Shown: piece by piece, positions 1 to 12,301 of the stretch
Numbering within the stretch: the stretch's first letter is position 1
Layout: every line of letters begins with the position of its first letter
Assembly (NCBI GenBank): GCA_051942205.1
Contig: JAVECO010000067.1
Coordinates: 1 to 64,000 of the forward strand
Direction: 5' to 3'
DNA from: Coniocarpon cinnabarinum
Taxonomy: Eukaryota
Length of the DNA: 64,000 nucleotides
Notes under the pieces: model-generated
Database searches by the model: none
Told to the model about the DNA's origin: nothing
What the model saw: the letters and a program-made list of their open reading frames with translations, nothing else
Made by a program: the position numbers and the translations under genes

Positions 1-1128
1 ACATATTCCTCCCCCCCGTCACCATAATCGTCTGTCCGCTAACATAACTCATCAACGGACTCGCCAGCGCCAAAACCACAGAAGCCGCCTCCGTCGCGCT
101 CCCCGGCCGTCCAAGCGGCACATCCTTATACCCCGTCCCCTCCCGCGCATCCACCATCTTCTGCGGAATCCCCAACGCCACCCGCTCCCCGCCAGGGGTG
201 GTAATAAAGCTCCCCAGTTCCTTGGCCGCCGTCAACCGCGTCGAAATATGACCGAAGGCCACGGTGTTGGCGCGCACCCCGTACTGTGGCCCCCATTCTT
301 TGGCGACCGCTTTGGTCAGCCCGACTACGGCGCTTTTCGCAGCCGCGTAGTTGATTTGGCCTGCGTTGCCGGACGTGCCCGACGTGCTGGAGATGTTGAT
401 GATGTTCCGGGGTTGGTGGTCTTGGACGCGGAAGTAGGGCGAGAGGGTGCGGATTAGTTTGAAGGGGGTGGTGACGTGCATTTCTTGGATTGTGGACCAT
501 TGTTTGTCGGTTGTCTGGGGGTTGTTAGTGCGAGTTTTGTTGTGTTCTGGGTGCTGTGGTATTTTCTGGGGGGAGAGGGAGAGGGGGAGGGGTGTTGCGC
601 GCGATGCGATGCGTTGCGTCAGAGGCGGCGGTGTGGGCCATACTCGACAGCGACGATCGACGATCACAAACACCCTCGCCACCACCGCCTCATCAAGACC
701 ACTGAAGCACAGACAACACACCCTCATACCCTTCAGAACCTCACAACGCAAGAAAAAAAGCATACCTTATGAATAACCCCATCCCAAGTAAATCCCGCAT
801 TATTAACAAGAACATGGATCTTCCCCTCCCCAAACTCCGCCGCCTTCTGCACGAGCGTCTCAATATACCCCTCCCCGAGCAGATCTCCCGGCACCGCTAA
901 TGCTTTCCCGCCATTCCGCGTGATCTCGTTGACGACTTGTGTGGCTTTCTCGGCGTCGACGTCGGAGACGACCACGCGGGCGCCTTCGTTGGCGAAGAGG
1001 CGGGCGATCTCGGCGCCGATGCCCTGCGCGGAGCCGGTGACGATGGCGGTTTGGTTTTCGAGGAGGCCTTTGGGGTAGTTGAGGTGGGCGGCTATTTGGG
1101 AGGCGCGGGCGGCGGCTTTGTCGGTCAT
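1..1128 (-). CDS. Short-chain dehydrogenase/reductase (3-oxoacyl-ACP reductase-like); exons 1128-766 and 514-1; stop codon cut by the window edge
   Basis: Exon 1 has the TGSAQGIG Rossmann motif and NNAG. Intron 765-515 runs GTATGC...CACTAAC...CAG. Exon 2 continues in frame with NISSTSG, catalytic YAAAK and ...SGQTIMVTGGRNM. Confidence 0.93.
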
Positions 1129-1849
1129 GGTGGTGGGGTCGGTTAGAGGTTGGAGGAATTCGAGGAGGTCAGTGGACGGGGCGTGAGTGGGAGAAGGGAG
1201 TTGCTAGCTGATTGAGATGGTGGAGCTGTGAGAGATGGGAAGGAGGTATTGAGGAGAGGATTGGGATAGATTGCAGTGGATGTTGAAGCTTTTGGTTGGG
1301 TTGTCAAGTCCATTGTGTTACCCCGGATTTTGATCGACGGAGCAGCTGTCGGACACTGCCGAGGTTAGCTGGACCGGTACAACCCGACGGAATGTATTCC
1401 GTTTGTTGGCTGAGGTGCATTGGTCTCAGTTTTAAATATTAAAAGGCGTCACACAGTCACCGCAGGTTTGAGTCGTTGCATAGGTTTATGGCGGGACTAT
1501 GCAGATGTCAATGCCGTTATTGTCTTTGAGATCTAGGTCCAGATGCGATGTGATACTTGATTGGCTCGACATGGCGTAAGAAGAATCAGCCTAGTCTCAA
1601 AATCTGCGGTAGCTTTGATGGTGAGACTAATTAGTGATCCACGTGCAGTATGCTTCGGACAAGGTGATACAGACTATCTAGCGTTGTCGTTGCGCGGATT
1701 AAATCCCACGGACCTGACCGACATGGGATCTTGCCCTGGCGACCCCTGAAAATTGGGTTCACTGAGCTGATGACATTGCTTTTCAAAGAGGTCGGCTGCC
1801 TTTATCTTAGAGCACTGAGAGCGCCGATCCACACTTCGAGGGAACTTGT

Positions 1850-3010
1850 CAGCCTGTGCCTAGCTGAGTTGGTGAGGCCGGGCTCGCATACTGTGTCTTC
1901 AAGGCGTCAGCTTCTGCTACAACCCAGATAGTACCGTTTTGCGACCGTTCGGCCGACGTCATCAGTACCAATGTATCAGAGACCACGTACCACGTTTGCC
2001 CACACTGTTGACACCTTGTGTCAGTACAGACAATCCCTGGGTAGCTTGCCACGTGGTATGACCCAGGTGGGTTCTTTCCTTCCGTATAAATGATGGCTAT
2101 GAAGTCGATATGCAAGCTCTCTCGTACCATCCAAAGAACTCTGCTCGCTTGCTTCAACTCATGCCTCAAATCCATTCAGAAGGCTCGTGCCCCTTGACCA
2201 GTCAGTCGATTATGAAGGGCAAAACGGAGGCAAGGTCGAGATCTACGCGACCGAGGAGATACATCAACGCCTCACGAAAAATACCAACACTCTCACGGAC
2301 TTCACCGGCCGCTTGCTGCAGAGGATCGAGGCGATTTTGACCAAGGAAAGACGCATTCCCTCGAGGCGGCCTACATCATCGAGGTGCTCCAGCCCTCGAT
2401 CACGCCCAGCGAGCAGGTGGGCGCGGAGGCAGGACAGGAGCTCGATGCCATGAAGATCCGATTCGGGAAGAAAGGACACGGGAGGATGGTCGAATTGCAA
2501 GCGGAACCGGGACATCATTTGACGACGGTGCTGGGGTTTGACCAAAGACATGACGGCGCGGCTGAGGAGAAGTACGGTACTTATTACTGATGATACACAT
2601 TGATTTCGAAATAGCATACGCGCTCTGCGCAGGTAATGCAAAGTCTGCCTCGCTTTTTGCTGAGATAGTCAACATCGACCCTCAGACCTTGCGCAAGGTC
2701 ATTTGCTGTGCTGAGGTTCCTGTCGGTAGAGTCCCTGCTACAGACAATTTCGTATCAGAGGCTCTAGGTTTTAACTTGATGTGGCATCCACGATCATGGA
2801 AAAGGGGAGCAAGCTGTCTTCACCCAAGGCTGCTGGGCTAACTCAAGACAGAGAGTGCACCATCCGGCAGTCTCGTCCGTTCAGCAAGCTCTCACATTAT
2901 CGTGTGAAGATAAATCGTGGGAGGTCAATGTTCTTCAGAAACTGTTCTTCAGAGACTCATTTCGATACAATTGTGTACGTTGGCAGAATACGCAACGTGT
3001 CTGCCTGACT
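1850..3010 (+). pseudogene. Possible decayed gene relic of unknown family
   Basis: A chain of protein-like ORF fragments in successive frames (2110, 2187, 2384, 2590, 2781) joined by apparent frameshifts and stops. No recognisable motif. Confidence 0.2.
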
Positions 3011-4100
3011 GCAAACGTTCGACACCGGAAATGAACCGGCTTACATTGCCTTCTCATGCTCGCTGGCCTAACAAACAGATCACTCCGGTGCTCACGTACA
3101 GAGCGGGCGCTCAAGTTGTGCGTTGTGCAAGCCCGACAACACGACATGACGCTCCACGCGAACACGAAACTCGGCGTAGTCGCCTCGTCGCCTGGAGCTA
3201 GTCGTGAGATTACGCAACCCAATATGCGAGACTATTGAGTGGGAACACTTGGCTACGATCAAGTTGAAGTCAGAGTTCCTCGTGAATTAGGATAGAATGA
3301 AACTTTCTCGAAGAGATTTGAATCGAATGATGGGGTTGTAATCAAGTTGACTAGAGTGATAGGTCACCAAGCTTACACTGCCTAGTTTGACTTAGCGGTG
3401 CTCTATTTGAGCATCACGTGCATGAGGAAAATCTAATCCGTGGATCGACATCAACACCCGTGACTATTTGGCGATGTCATGTGGAATTTTTGGCACGTGT
3501 GTATACCTTGTATTTACTGCTACAAGAGCAGGGCAGCGGATCCTGTTCTCTAAACATCTGTTCTGGCATCGAGAATGTTCATTAAATCTACGCAATTCGA
3601 TGTACTTGCGCTGCAGCCCCTACTATGCTGACCTGTCGATGTCCGAGGGCAAGAGCCTGCGTCATTGAATTGCTTCATCATTTACAATAGTCGCAAGACT
3701 CTTCGGGCGATGTTCGGGGAAAGCAGAATAATCACGCGTAAGCACGAGCTGCGCCAATGCCAGCAGTAGATCTGGTGTGAGAATGGAAGTGAGCTGAGTC
3801 AACCTCACTCGCATACAACCTCATCCTCGTACTACCCTGCATTGACGTCGTCATTCTCACGAGAGTATCAGATTACCTAAGATACTCGCTCTGCATGCGC
3901 TCGTATTCCCACAAGAGGCGATATGTTGCTCCCAAAAGTCGCTTCATGAGTGACCTCCACACCGCCTCCAATCCACCTTTTCGGACCAAAAAATGAATAC
4001 AAAAGCACGTCTCCCGTCCAGAGCAGCTGCTGTAGCATCACCAGCACATCATTTTAAAACTCTAAACTAAATAACGTACAAGCAATTCACCACTGCCAAA

Positions 4101-4415
4101 ATGCAACTCACAACCGCCGTCACCACCTTCGCCCTCGCGCTCACCGCATCCGCCTACACAGCCCAGTACTATCGCGATACCAATTGCACCGAGTTAATCG
4201 ACCATATCAGTGTGGACGATTACACCTGCCACCCACGTCCGGATTTCACCGCCTACAGCGTCCAGTACGCCTCATTCGGAGAGCCCGCATGCACACTGAA
4301 GACATGGGGCGATATGGGCTGCACTGCCAATGAGGAAGGCACAGCAGGCTTGCCCTACGAAGGTTGCTTTGCTCCTGGATATCCCATCGCTGCGACGAGC
4401 TGCACCTATCCTTGA
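4101..4415 (+). CDS. Small secreted cysteine-rich protein (104 aa, 6 Cys), effector or antimicrobial candidate
   Basis: AAAATG start context, signal peptide MQLTTAVTTFALALTASA, six Cys, intronless with C-ending codon bias. Confidence 0.85.
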   Translation: MQLTTAVTTFALALTASAYTAQYYRDTNCTELIDHISVDDYTCHPRPDFTAYSVQYASFGEPACTLKTWGDMGCTANEEGTAGLPYEGCFAPGYPIAATSCTYP

Positions 4416-6435
4416 GGGAGATTTGGTGGCCATTTGAGGCTTGCGGGAGATCACTGGAGGCGTTATTCATGTGATAACTGTCTGTTGGATGGAAGCAAAA
4501 ATGTGATTCGTAGTGTCTTCGACATTGGAGAAGTCACGGGTGTGAATGCTTTTAATCTCACGTCTTTCATTTACTTTGAGCCTTACTTTCAATTATACGC
4601 TGTCAGGCGTTGCTGTACTGTTCTTCACCTAGCGTTGATCCTCTGCACGCGAAAGAGAAAGCGTGACAGGTTCATGTCAAGTCTCCCAAGGGTTGCAGGA
4701 CTACTTCGCGCTATTGTAGACCTCTTCAGGGATGCCTCATCCTCCGCTACTTGTTCTAAGATTCTTAACACGTTTGCAGCAACAGGACCGTGTAGATCGA
4801 GTACGTAAGCGACAGAGTCTTTCGTCTGTTGATCCAAGCATGTCTAAGAGGTTACCTAGAGCTCGGCCATTTCTCGATTAGCTTTGTTGCCCATACACAA
4901 TACGCGCATGAGCGCGCCATGTTCTGAATTCTTGACATCAAGCACTCAAAAACATTCGTGCCTGCAGTGCGTTTCGTCCAGTTAATAATGAGTCTAAGAA
5001 CCTTCAGGAAGGATCTGTGCAACAGTATAGCTGGGTCTGGCTGGATAGGTAAAAAGTTCTCGTGCTGCGCAATAGGGAGCCATCTGCGGTAAAGGTCGGC
5101 ACGGAATTTTGGTCCGCCTCATCATGAGTCTCGCTATAGAAGACATGAGGGAAGTCTTGATAAACTATAGCACTGGGATCATGTATGAGGGCATTTCCCG
5201 ACCAGTCTTTTCATTTCTTTGCTGTGGCTTCTTCATGGACGACAGGCTGTGCTGCTTTTGATCCAGGTCTCTCAATAGCTATAGTTTCGGGCGTCTGCAA
5301 TTAGCTGTAGCCGTCACTCAATCTATTGCAAATACATTAGAATACGACGGGGAGTTACAGATGCCAAAAGCGCTAGCGTCACACACTTTACACTCTCTTG
5401 CATGCTTGGTGGGTCTTTGATATCGGTACCTTCAATGATGCTCTGTGGATGTACCCGTACAGAGGGAATTCCCATTTTCGACTACTCTTGGCTCTAGGTC
5501 ACTTCTTTTTCGTACGACAGCTCAAGCCATGGACTTCTTCAAAGACTGTGGCGTCTTATCTGTGACATTGGACGACAAAGCAGCACGGAGTCCCAACTAT
5601 CCGTGAGGCTCCATCAAGCTGAGCGGCTTTGGAAACGTCGACGTGCTTTTCTCTAATCTTGCAAATCATAGATTTGCGTGGCGGAAAATTCTTCAGGAGA
5701 CATTGCGATATGTACAGCAATCACGTGCCTTAGTAGGACAGAAATAGCAGCAAGCCTTTGGACGATATATGACTGCCTTATAAAGTAATCTTTTCTGGAC
5801 CGACCGCAGCCACTTGTTTGACCTCCCAAACCCGCCTTGAATCAACTCAGATGCCTTCCCCTTCTCGTCTTCTCATCTTGATGAGCCTATGAATGGATGC
5901 TCAAGGTGTTCAGGGTACGTAGTAGATCTCTGACCGTACCGTACCTTGTGCAAGGCTAGGCGTGTGGATCAATGCTCAATACCAACCTGTCCTTTTCCTA
6001 TGGGGCCAAATGTTGTTCAATCACGCCACATCTACCTCTTACGGGCTCAACCGGCGAGCATCGGCGCTTGTACCGCCTTGACGGTCCACTTGCGGAAAGC
6101 TGCTTACGTTAAGCGTTCTGAGCCTCTATGCTGCCTTTGAGCACCACGTTTTATTGCAAGTTTATACTGTCATTGGGTAGCAAGCTGCTAACCTCTGCCG
6201 TTCCGTATCACATTTCGTTTATTTCGGAGAAGCGGCCAACCTGGCTCTCTTCCGTTCTTGGGTCTATGCCTTCTTGTAACATCAACAGGACACTTCGGTA
6301 TTCTTTCAGTGCATCCTTTATCGCCCCTGCCCGTAAGCCGTATAAACGTGACGTGTCTTACCTGATTCCACCTCAGGCTGTATTGGACTCTTTCCTTTCC
6401 TTCGCATCAGCCTAACTGCGTCTCTGCAAGTCCAC

Positions 6436-8045
6436 ATGGAGAGACTCTTGACTATCGATCCACCCTCACAAAACTCCAACTCCAACTCCCAATGCAAAGG
6501 GGGACGGTCTCCATTACTACGTACAGAAAATGGATCTATAACACAACGCCGACGTACCACTGTAGATTCTGTCTCGCCGAAGCTGGGGGATCCCCAGACG
6601 ACCCAATATGAAGACGAAGACATCCCTTTGGAAAACGTCGACAACTGTTCGTCCCCCGCTAGGAACGCCGCCAGACACCTCGAACCGCGACAGCAGGTGA
6701 TCTCGCTGCAGCTTGATGATCAAATAAAGAAGACGCTTTATTGGCATGAAGTAGCAGCATGGCAACAAGGCAACCACTATATTCTCGGATACTATCGGCC
6801 GATGTAAGTTCCTCGGCTTTATATATTATTTTGACTGTGCTTGGCTACCATACTAATACCGAGGTTATGTGCAACGACGATACTGACCAATCCCTCATAC
6901 ACGGCTCCCGCACTTTGCTAACTTGCTATCGCACACAACAGATCAGATTCATGGATGACAAGCCTGCGCTCTCATCTCTATGTTCACAATGAAGCAGTCA
7001 ATATCCACACGCACGTAAGTTAGCAGCCGAATCTGTAAGCGTACTCAACCGTCTCTGCGAAGAGTTGCATCTCATCCAACATTGTTATCAAAACCTTCTT
7101 TTTCAAATCCGTGGCATCCCACCGACTTAGAAGTTGACTAACGTTATGCAGCTCTTCGGTGCCTCACTCTTCACCACGCTTTTTATGCTCGATCTAGCCT
7201 CACCTCTACCGACTGCTCCACTCCTCCCTTTCTACATCGGTACGTGCTGGCCTCCTTCTGTCAGAATCTATTTTTCCTTACCCCGATATCAACCCCTCCG
7301 TGCATGTGACGCCATATCTGTCCAACGCTGCCCCATCTACGCTGTTTTCCATTTCTCTGAGATACCACTGACCACTTCAGGCGCCATTACCTGCCTCACT
7401 CTCAGTACCGTCTTTCACACCCTCTCTGACCATTCTGACTCCGCCCACTCTCGCGCCCTCACGCTGGACTTCTGCGGTATCCTCACGCTCATCACCGGTT
7501 CTTCGCTCTCTGGCATCTTCCTCATCTTCCCACCTCACGATTATTTTCCGGCACGCCTCACCGGCTCCCTCCACTCCCACGAGCACCATCACATCCACAG
7601 AGCGACTCACCCATTCCACGGCGTGCTCAAAGCCTTCCCACAACCCCTCACCTTCTACTGCGCCCTCGTAACTCTCCTCTCACTGACTTGCTTCATCCTC
7701 TCATGCCGCCCCGCCTTCCGCCACTCCAGCGTCAATCATATTCGCGGCGCTGCCTTCACCATGACAGCAGCCTCGCAATTCATGCCCTTGATACATGGGT
7801 TCCTCGAGTTCGGCTGGAACAACATGCAGCAACGTGTCCGCGGCGGCTGGATTCTGGCGGAGTTCGCGGTGTACTTTCTTGGTGCTGCGGCGTATGCGAC
7901 GCGGGTTCCAGAGAGGTTCGCACCGGGGCGATTCGATGTTGTCGGGAGTAGTCACCAAATATTGCATCTATGTGTTTTGATTTCCGTCGGACTGCATTGG
8001 GGTGCTTTGGTTGGGGGACGGGAGTGGTGGATCAGGCAAGAGTGA
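6436..8045 (+). CDS. PAQR (Izh / adiponectin-receptor / haemolysin-III family) membrane protein; exons 6436-6803, 6942-7014, 7152-7239, 7381-8045
   Basis: The spliced product reads W..N.YILGYYRPISDSW..., HNEAVNIHTH, STVFHT, LDFCGI and PERFAPGRFDVVGSSHQILH, all PAQR hallmark motifs. The three introns are GT-AG with CTRAC branch sites and their phases are consistent. Confidence 0.92.
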
Positions 8046-9699
8046 GGGGACAGTAAGGTGGATGCAGATAGGACAAGCGGCAATGAAATTGGACGGATAT
8101 GGAGTGTTGGATGGACGTGGTTCATATAGAGCAGGCGTTTCCGATCAGGCGGGACTGTGAGTGAAATCAAGGAAGCTGATGCATACGGTAAGGGGGACTT
8201 ACGTAGCGGATTTGAGAGGCTTGCACATTGCAGCAAAGGAGAGAAGCAACGCATGCATGAGCATATGACAAGAGCTAGACGTGACACGACCGCCTGAATT
8301 AAGTTGGGTCCAAGTCAAATGACCATAGCCTCTTCTTCCAGATCCATTTCCACGCGCAACTCAATTTGACCCACCGGAAGGAAGGTGATGATCGAGATAC
8401 AGTATGGTATCTGAGTTCATTCATCTCCATCGATGCCCGCAAGTGGTCGATCACTCAGTCCTTATTGTGCTTCATTTTCGGCTTCGCCATGCCCAATTGC
8501 CGGCTGTAAGGTGATGATAGTTGTCGTTCTTCGCACGACGTTTGTAATGACATAGAGGGTATGCAATTTGCTCGGTACGTGTGTCATCGCGACGCGAAGA
8601 GGCTGAAACGCATCGAGGCACGCCTGGTTTATGCTTGCCAGTGCCAATAGATGCGACGCTCCTAAATCCAACCCTGGGCAAGCGCAGAAGCAGCAAGTCC
8701 GAAGCCGAGGGGAACATCACGAGACAGGTTGCGTAGCTTGAATAGAGAGTGCAGTGATGGCCATGCGCTGACACAGCTTGAGAAAATCATGACAGCCCCA
8801 AAGCGTATTCGCTGTGAAGACTAGAAGAGTAATAGGAGACTTCGTTGACGTGCGCATGTGGAAAAGCATGGGAATGGACGCAACAGCTCAAGTCGTTACC
8901 AGTCTGATCAAAAGAATACACCTCATGACCCCCAGACTAATTGATTGAACATTCTGCAAGCAACATGTTGCTGACTAACAACGTTGATAATTCGAAACCC
9001 TGGCTTTCAAATACACTTGTGTGAGGTGCTGCTTGCGACAGAATGAGGCTTGCTAGCTGACCGAGCCTTGCTCTCTTGTCACGGGGCTTAGGGGAAGGGA
9101 TCAGAGCCCCGAGTCGCGCGTCGACGCCTCCGCAATCAGCCCCTACCGGCGCTGGCAAGGTCGGCAAGCGTTCAGTGGAGATCGCACTCCTACAGAGGAA
9201 CCCCATGAGAATTTCTCTGCCAATCAGCCATTCTGATGCGGTTAGAGCGTAATTAGAGGTCTGTGAGGGGATTGTCAACGGCTTAAACTATTTCTCTCGA
9301 GCGCTGGGAATCTGGCTCTTATAGAAACCTTCCCATCAACTCGGAAATGCAATTCCACTGCTATGTAATGCCCGGAATTGCAAATCCTGTGGCAGGTCAG
9401 GCGACGTCTTGTGTGAAGCAACGGATTGGATAATGGGCATGCATTAGCGATGTTATCTGGTATTGTCCCGAAGACGGGCCGACGATGTCTCCAATGATTC
9501 TATCCTCAAGGTGCGAATCATATGTGGCGATCCGTCCTGGTGGAACGGTCAGAATGCTTCATTGGTTTTTGCGTGAGCTCCTCAGATCGAGATCAACGTC
9601 CATTATATCGAGGGAAGCCGGTACCTGGATCGCGTCAAGCAGGGTTTGCGGAGACTTCCCTTAGCCTCCGGAATTCTGCGTTTGGCTCGTGCTTCGTCA

Positions 9700-11800
9700 A
9701 CAGATGGCCGCTCGACGGAAATCCTTTCCGTGATATACGAGAAGTTTCGGACCAAAATGAATTCTTTTCTGTGTCTCGAACCTACTAGTGCTGAGAGCGA
9801 GCAGCCACCATTCGTCAAAGTTAAATTTCCTAGAGCATGTATGCTGTAATAATTTAGTATACCAGCTTGTAGACACTGAATTTTTGTCGTCTATGGGACA
9901 GAGAGACAGAGACACAGTATCTCGCAAGACAACCGCAGCAGCTTATGTCCATGTCTTTGCATTGCGTCCTGCTCCACTGCGCAGGCATGATGACAACAGA
10001 TGATCCGTCGTCGTCACGTTCACGTCTCATCAAACTACGAAGCGCCGTGCTTTTGCAAGCTTGAACTTGCTAAACCGCCAGATCTTGCTCAAATCTAATG
10101 AGCTACATGTTCACTCTTGTTACTGACAAGACGCCGAGTGCGTTGGTCGGGAGGTTTGGAGGGCACAGTAACGTTCTTCACAGCCAAATGTGCCTTATGT
10201 CAAAGATGGTAGTACGCAAGCTCTTGAAGTGTTTGCGGTAGGGTTATCATTGGGGATACTCGGAGTGATCTCCGTAGAAGAGGCGCAAATGACGTTAGCG
10301 CCTTTGAATAGCGCGATAGGCGAGAGATACCTACCTAGCCTCTCAATCAGAAGACAGGCCATCCACACATCACATTACGCGGAAGCAAAGCAAACCAAGC
10401 TCGGGCCTGAAGACCGATGACCTGTGAGATCAGCCCGCGACGCGCTGAAGTATCACGAACTGAAGCTACGGATATGCTGGCCAGTTGCTCGCATTACTGA
10501 TATTTCATGCAACTAGTCCCACAACAAACGCTTTCATTCACAGCCCCTGCCATCGAGTCGGCCTCGAGCAGACAATCAACCCCACGAGGCATGCGTTGTC
10601 AATGATGTTGAGAATCTGAACCTCATTTCGGCCACATTTGCTGCTCTTGCCAACCTAGTCCCATTGCTGAGTTCTGCTTAGCGTATGGTACCTGGAGTGC
10701 TTGAGTTGCACAAGTACCTTTCGTGATCAAAGCTTTACTATGAGCATGAGATAGCATCGCCTCGGCGCGGCATGAAGTTGACTTCTATACCGTCTTATGG
10801 GCGAGGAGTTGCCTTCATGACTGCTCAACAGGATGATACGCTGCTCGTCCTTTGACATCGAGTGTTGGTCTACTTTAGGTGATGTACCCAAAATTATTCT
10901 CAATGTGTCAACCCCCTGTTGTCTAGCTACAAATATCCGTCACTATTTACCTGGAATGCTGCTAACCAGTGTTGTCTGGGACGCATTGCTGATAATGCTG
11001 AAGTCCAAATATGATCTAGAACAATTCTTACCACTGGGTCAACGACGAGAAGAAACACCGGTGTCGCCGTCATGCTTCTCGTTGACTCCACGTAATCGAC
11101 CAAGTGCTTCTGTACCATTGTAACGTCAAACGCTTGTCCTGAGACAAGACTCTCTGATTGCGTCTGAACATGGAGAACAGTATAATTCATGCAAGTAGAT
11201 TTGAACGCTACTGGATTTGGCCAGCTGAGACAAACATCATATAAAGTTCTTTGACTAAGGTAACGATGTTTCTTGTTCAGGTCGTAGCATTCACACGAGC
11301 CGCAGAAGCTCGACAAGGACATCCACTAGACTAGAGTATCACCGTCGCTTGAGGCTTTGGGGATGGTAGTGCCCGCGACCGAAGTATCCCAGCCTCGAAT
11401 AGCATTCGCCAGCAATCCCACAGCTGCAGGATCGTCACGTCCGCACGTCGATGCTTGTGGATTGAAGTCTGCGCTTGAACTTCGGAGTGGCGAGGGAGGG
11501 CTGCCATTGCTGACCCCGGCGCTCACAGCTAGTGCCAAATCCACTTCACTCTCAACACACAGGCCACGCAGCAAGGGTAATTGAAGTAATGGCAAATCCC
11601 TCTGCACCCCGCAGGAATACGAAGTCAAGAATATCAGCGAGTACTTCGCGATATCAACAAGCGTCCTCGCCTGGGGTCTCTTCCACACTCTGCACTCCCT
11701 GATCTCTGACTGGTTCAAGCGTGTCAGCATTACATACTCACATCTAATGCTGTCGCATACAAGGATGAACTTCTCCATTGGAACAGAAAGTGGCTCATGC
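9700..11800 (-). pseudogene. Possible degenerate Zn2Cys6 / fungal-specific transcription factor relic
   Basis: A canonical 51-nt intron at 11760-11710 (GTATGC..GCTGAC..CAG) is followed by RSGSAECGR and ICHYFNYPCCVACVLR, resembling a broken binuclear cluster. ORFs 11778-11326 and 11322-10927 share a frame and are split by one TAG. There are many stops further downstream. Confidence 0.25.
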
Positions 11801-12301
11801 TCATGTGCACTTCCACTTCAACACCGCCTCGGAGTCTTACGCCAAGCACGAGGGGTCAATCCCATTACCAATACAGTGAACCCGAGTCATTCTGACATGC
11901 GGCTGGACTCTGACAGATGACGCCCATTGTTGGTGCTACAAACTTCATTGGGCTCCAACAGACCGACTCGCTTGCAGATGCTGCGTGACTTACATTGTGA
12001 GCACCTACCTCTGCGTGAATCCGACTACGCTCTCACTTGCATGGAGTGAGCGATGAGGCAAATTTTCATACTGGCTTGCAGCAGTCAGCTCGTATTTCTG
12101 CACCTTGATGGAATGCATCAGCGGGGTAAGCTCAATGAAGATCATCCTGCAGATTCCAGCCTTAGCTATGAAGGATGTTGGACGTGTATAAGAGGACCTC
12201 AGAAACCATGAAGGCCCTGCGCTGAAAGCCCAGCCTTCACCACATCCTTCCTTCCAGATACCGGAAATCATCAGTGCCGTGTTGTAAGGAACGACACAGC
12301 C

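Noticed and set aside
126..500. 124-aa minus-strand ORF in the ORF track
   Set aside because: It is the wrong frame of SDR exon 2.
4625..5300. Minus-strand ORF fragments suggesting a pseudogene
   Set aside because: No motif and no consistent splice structure were found.
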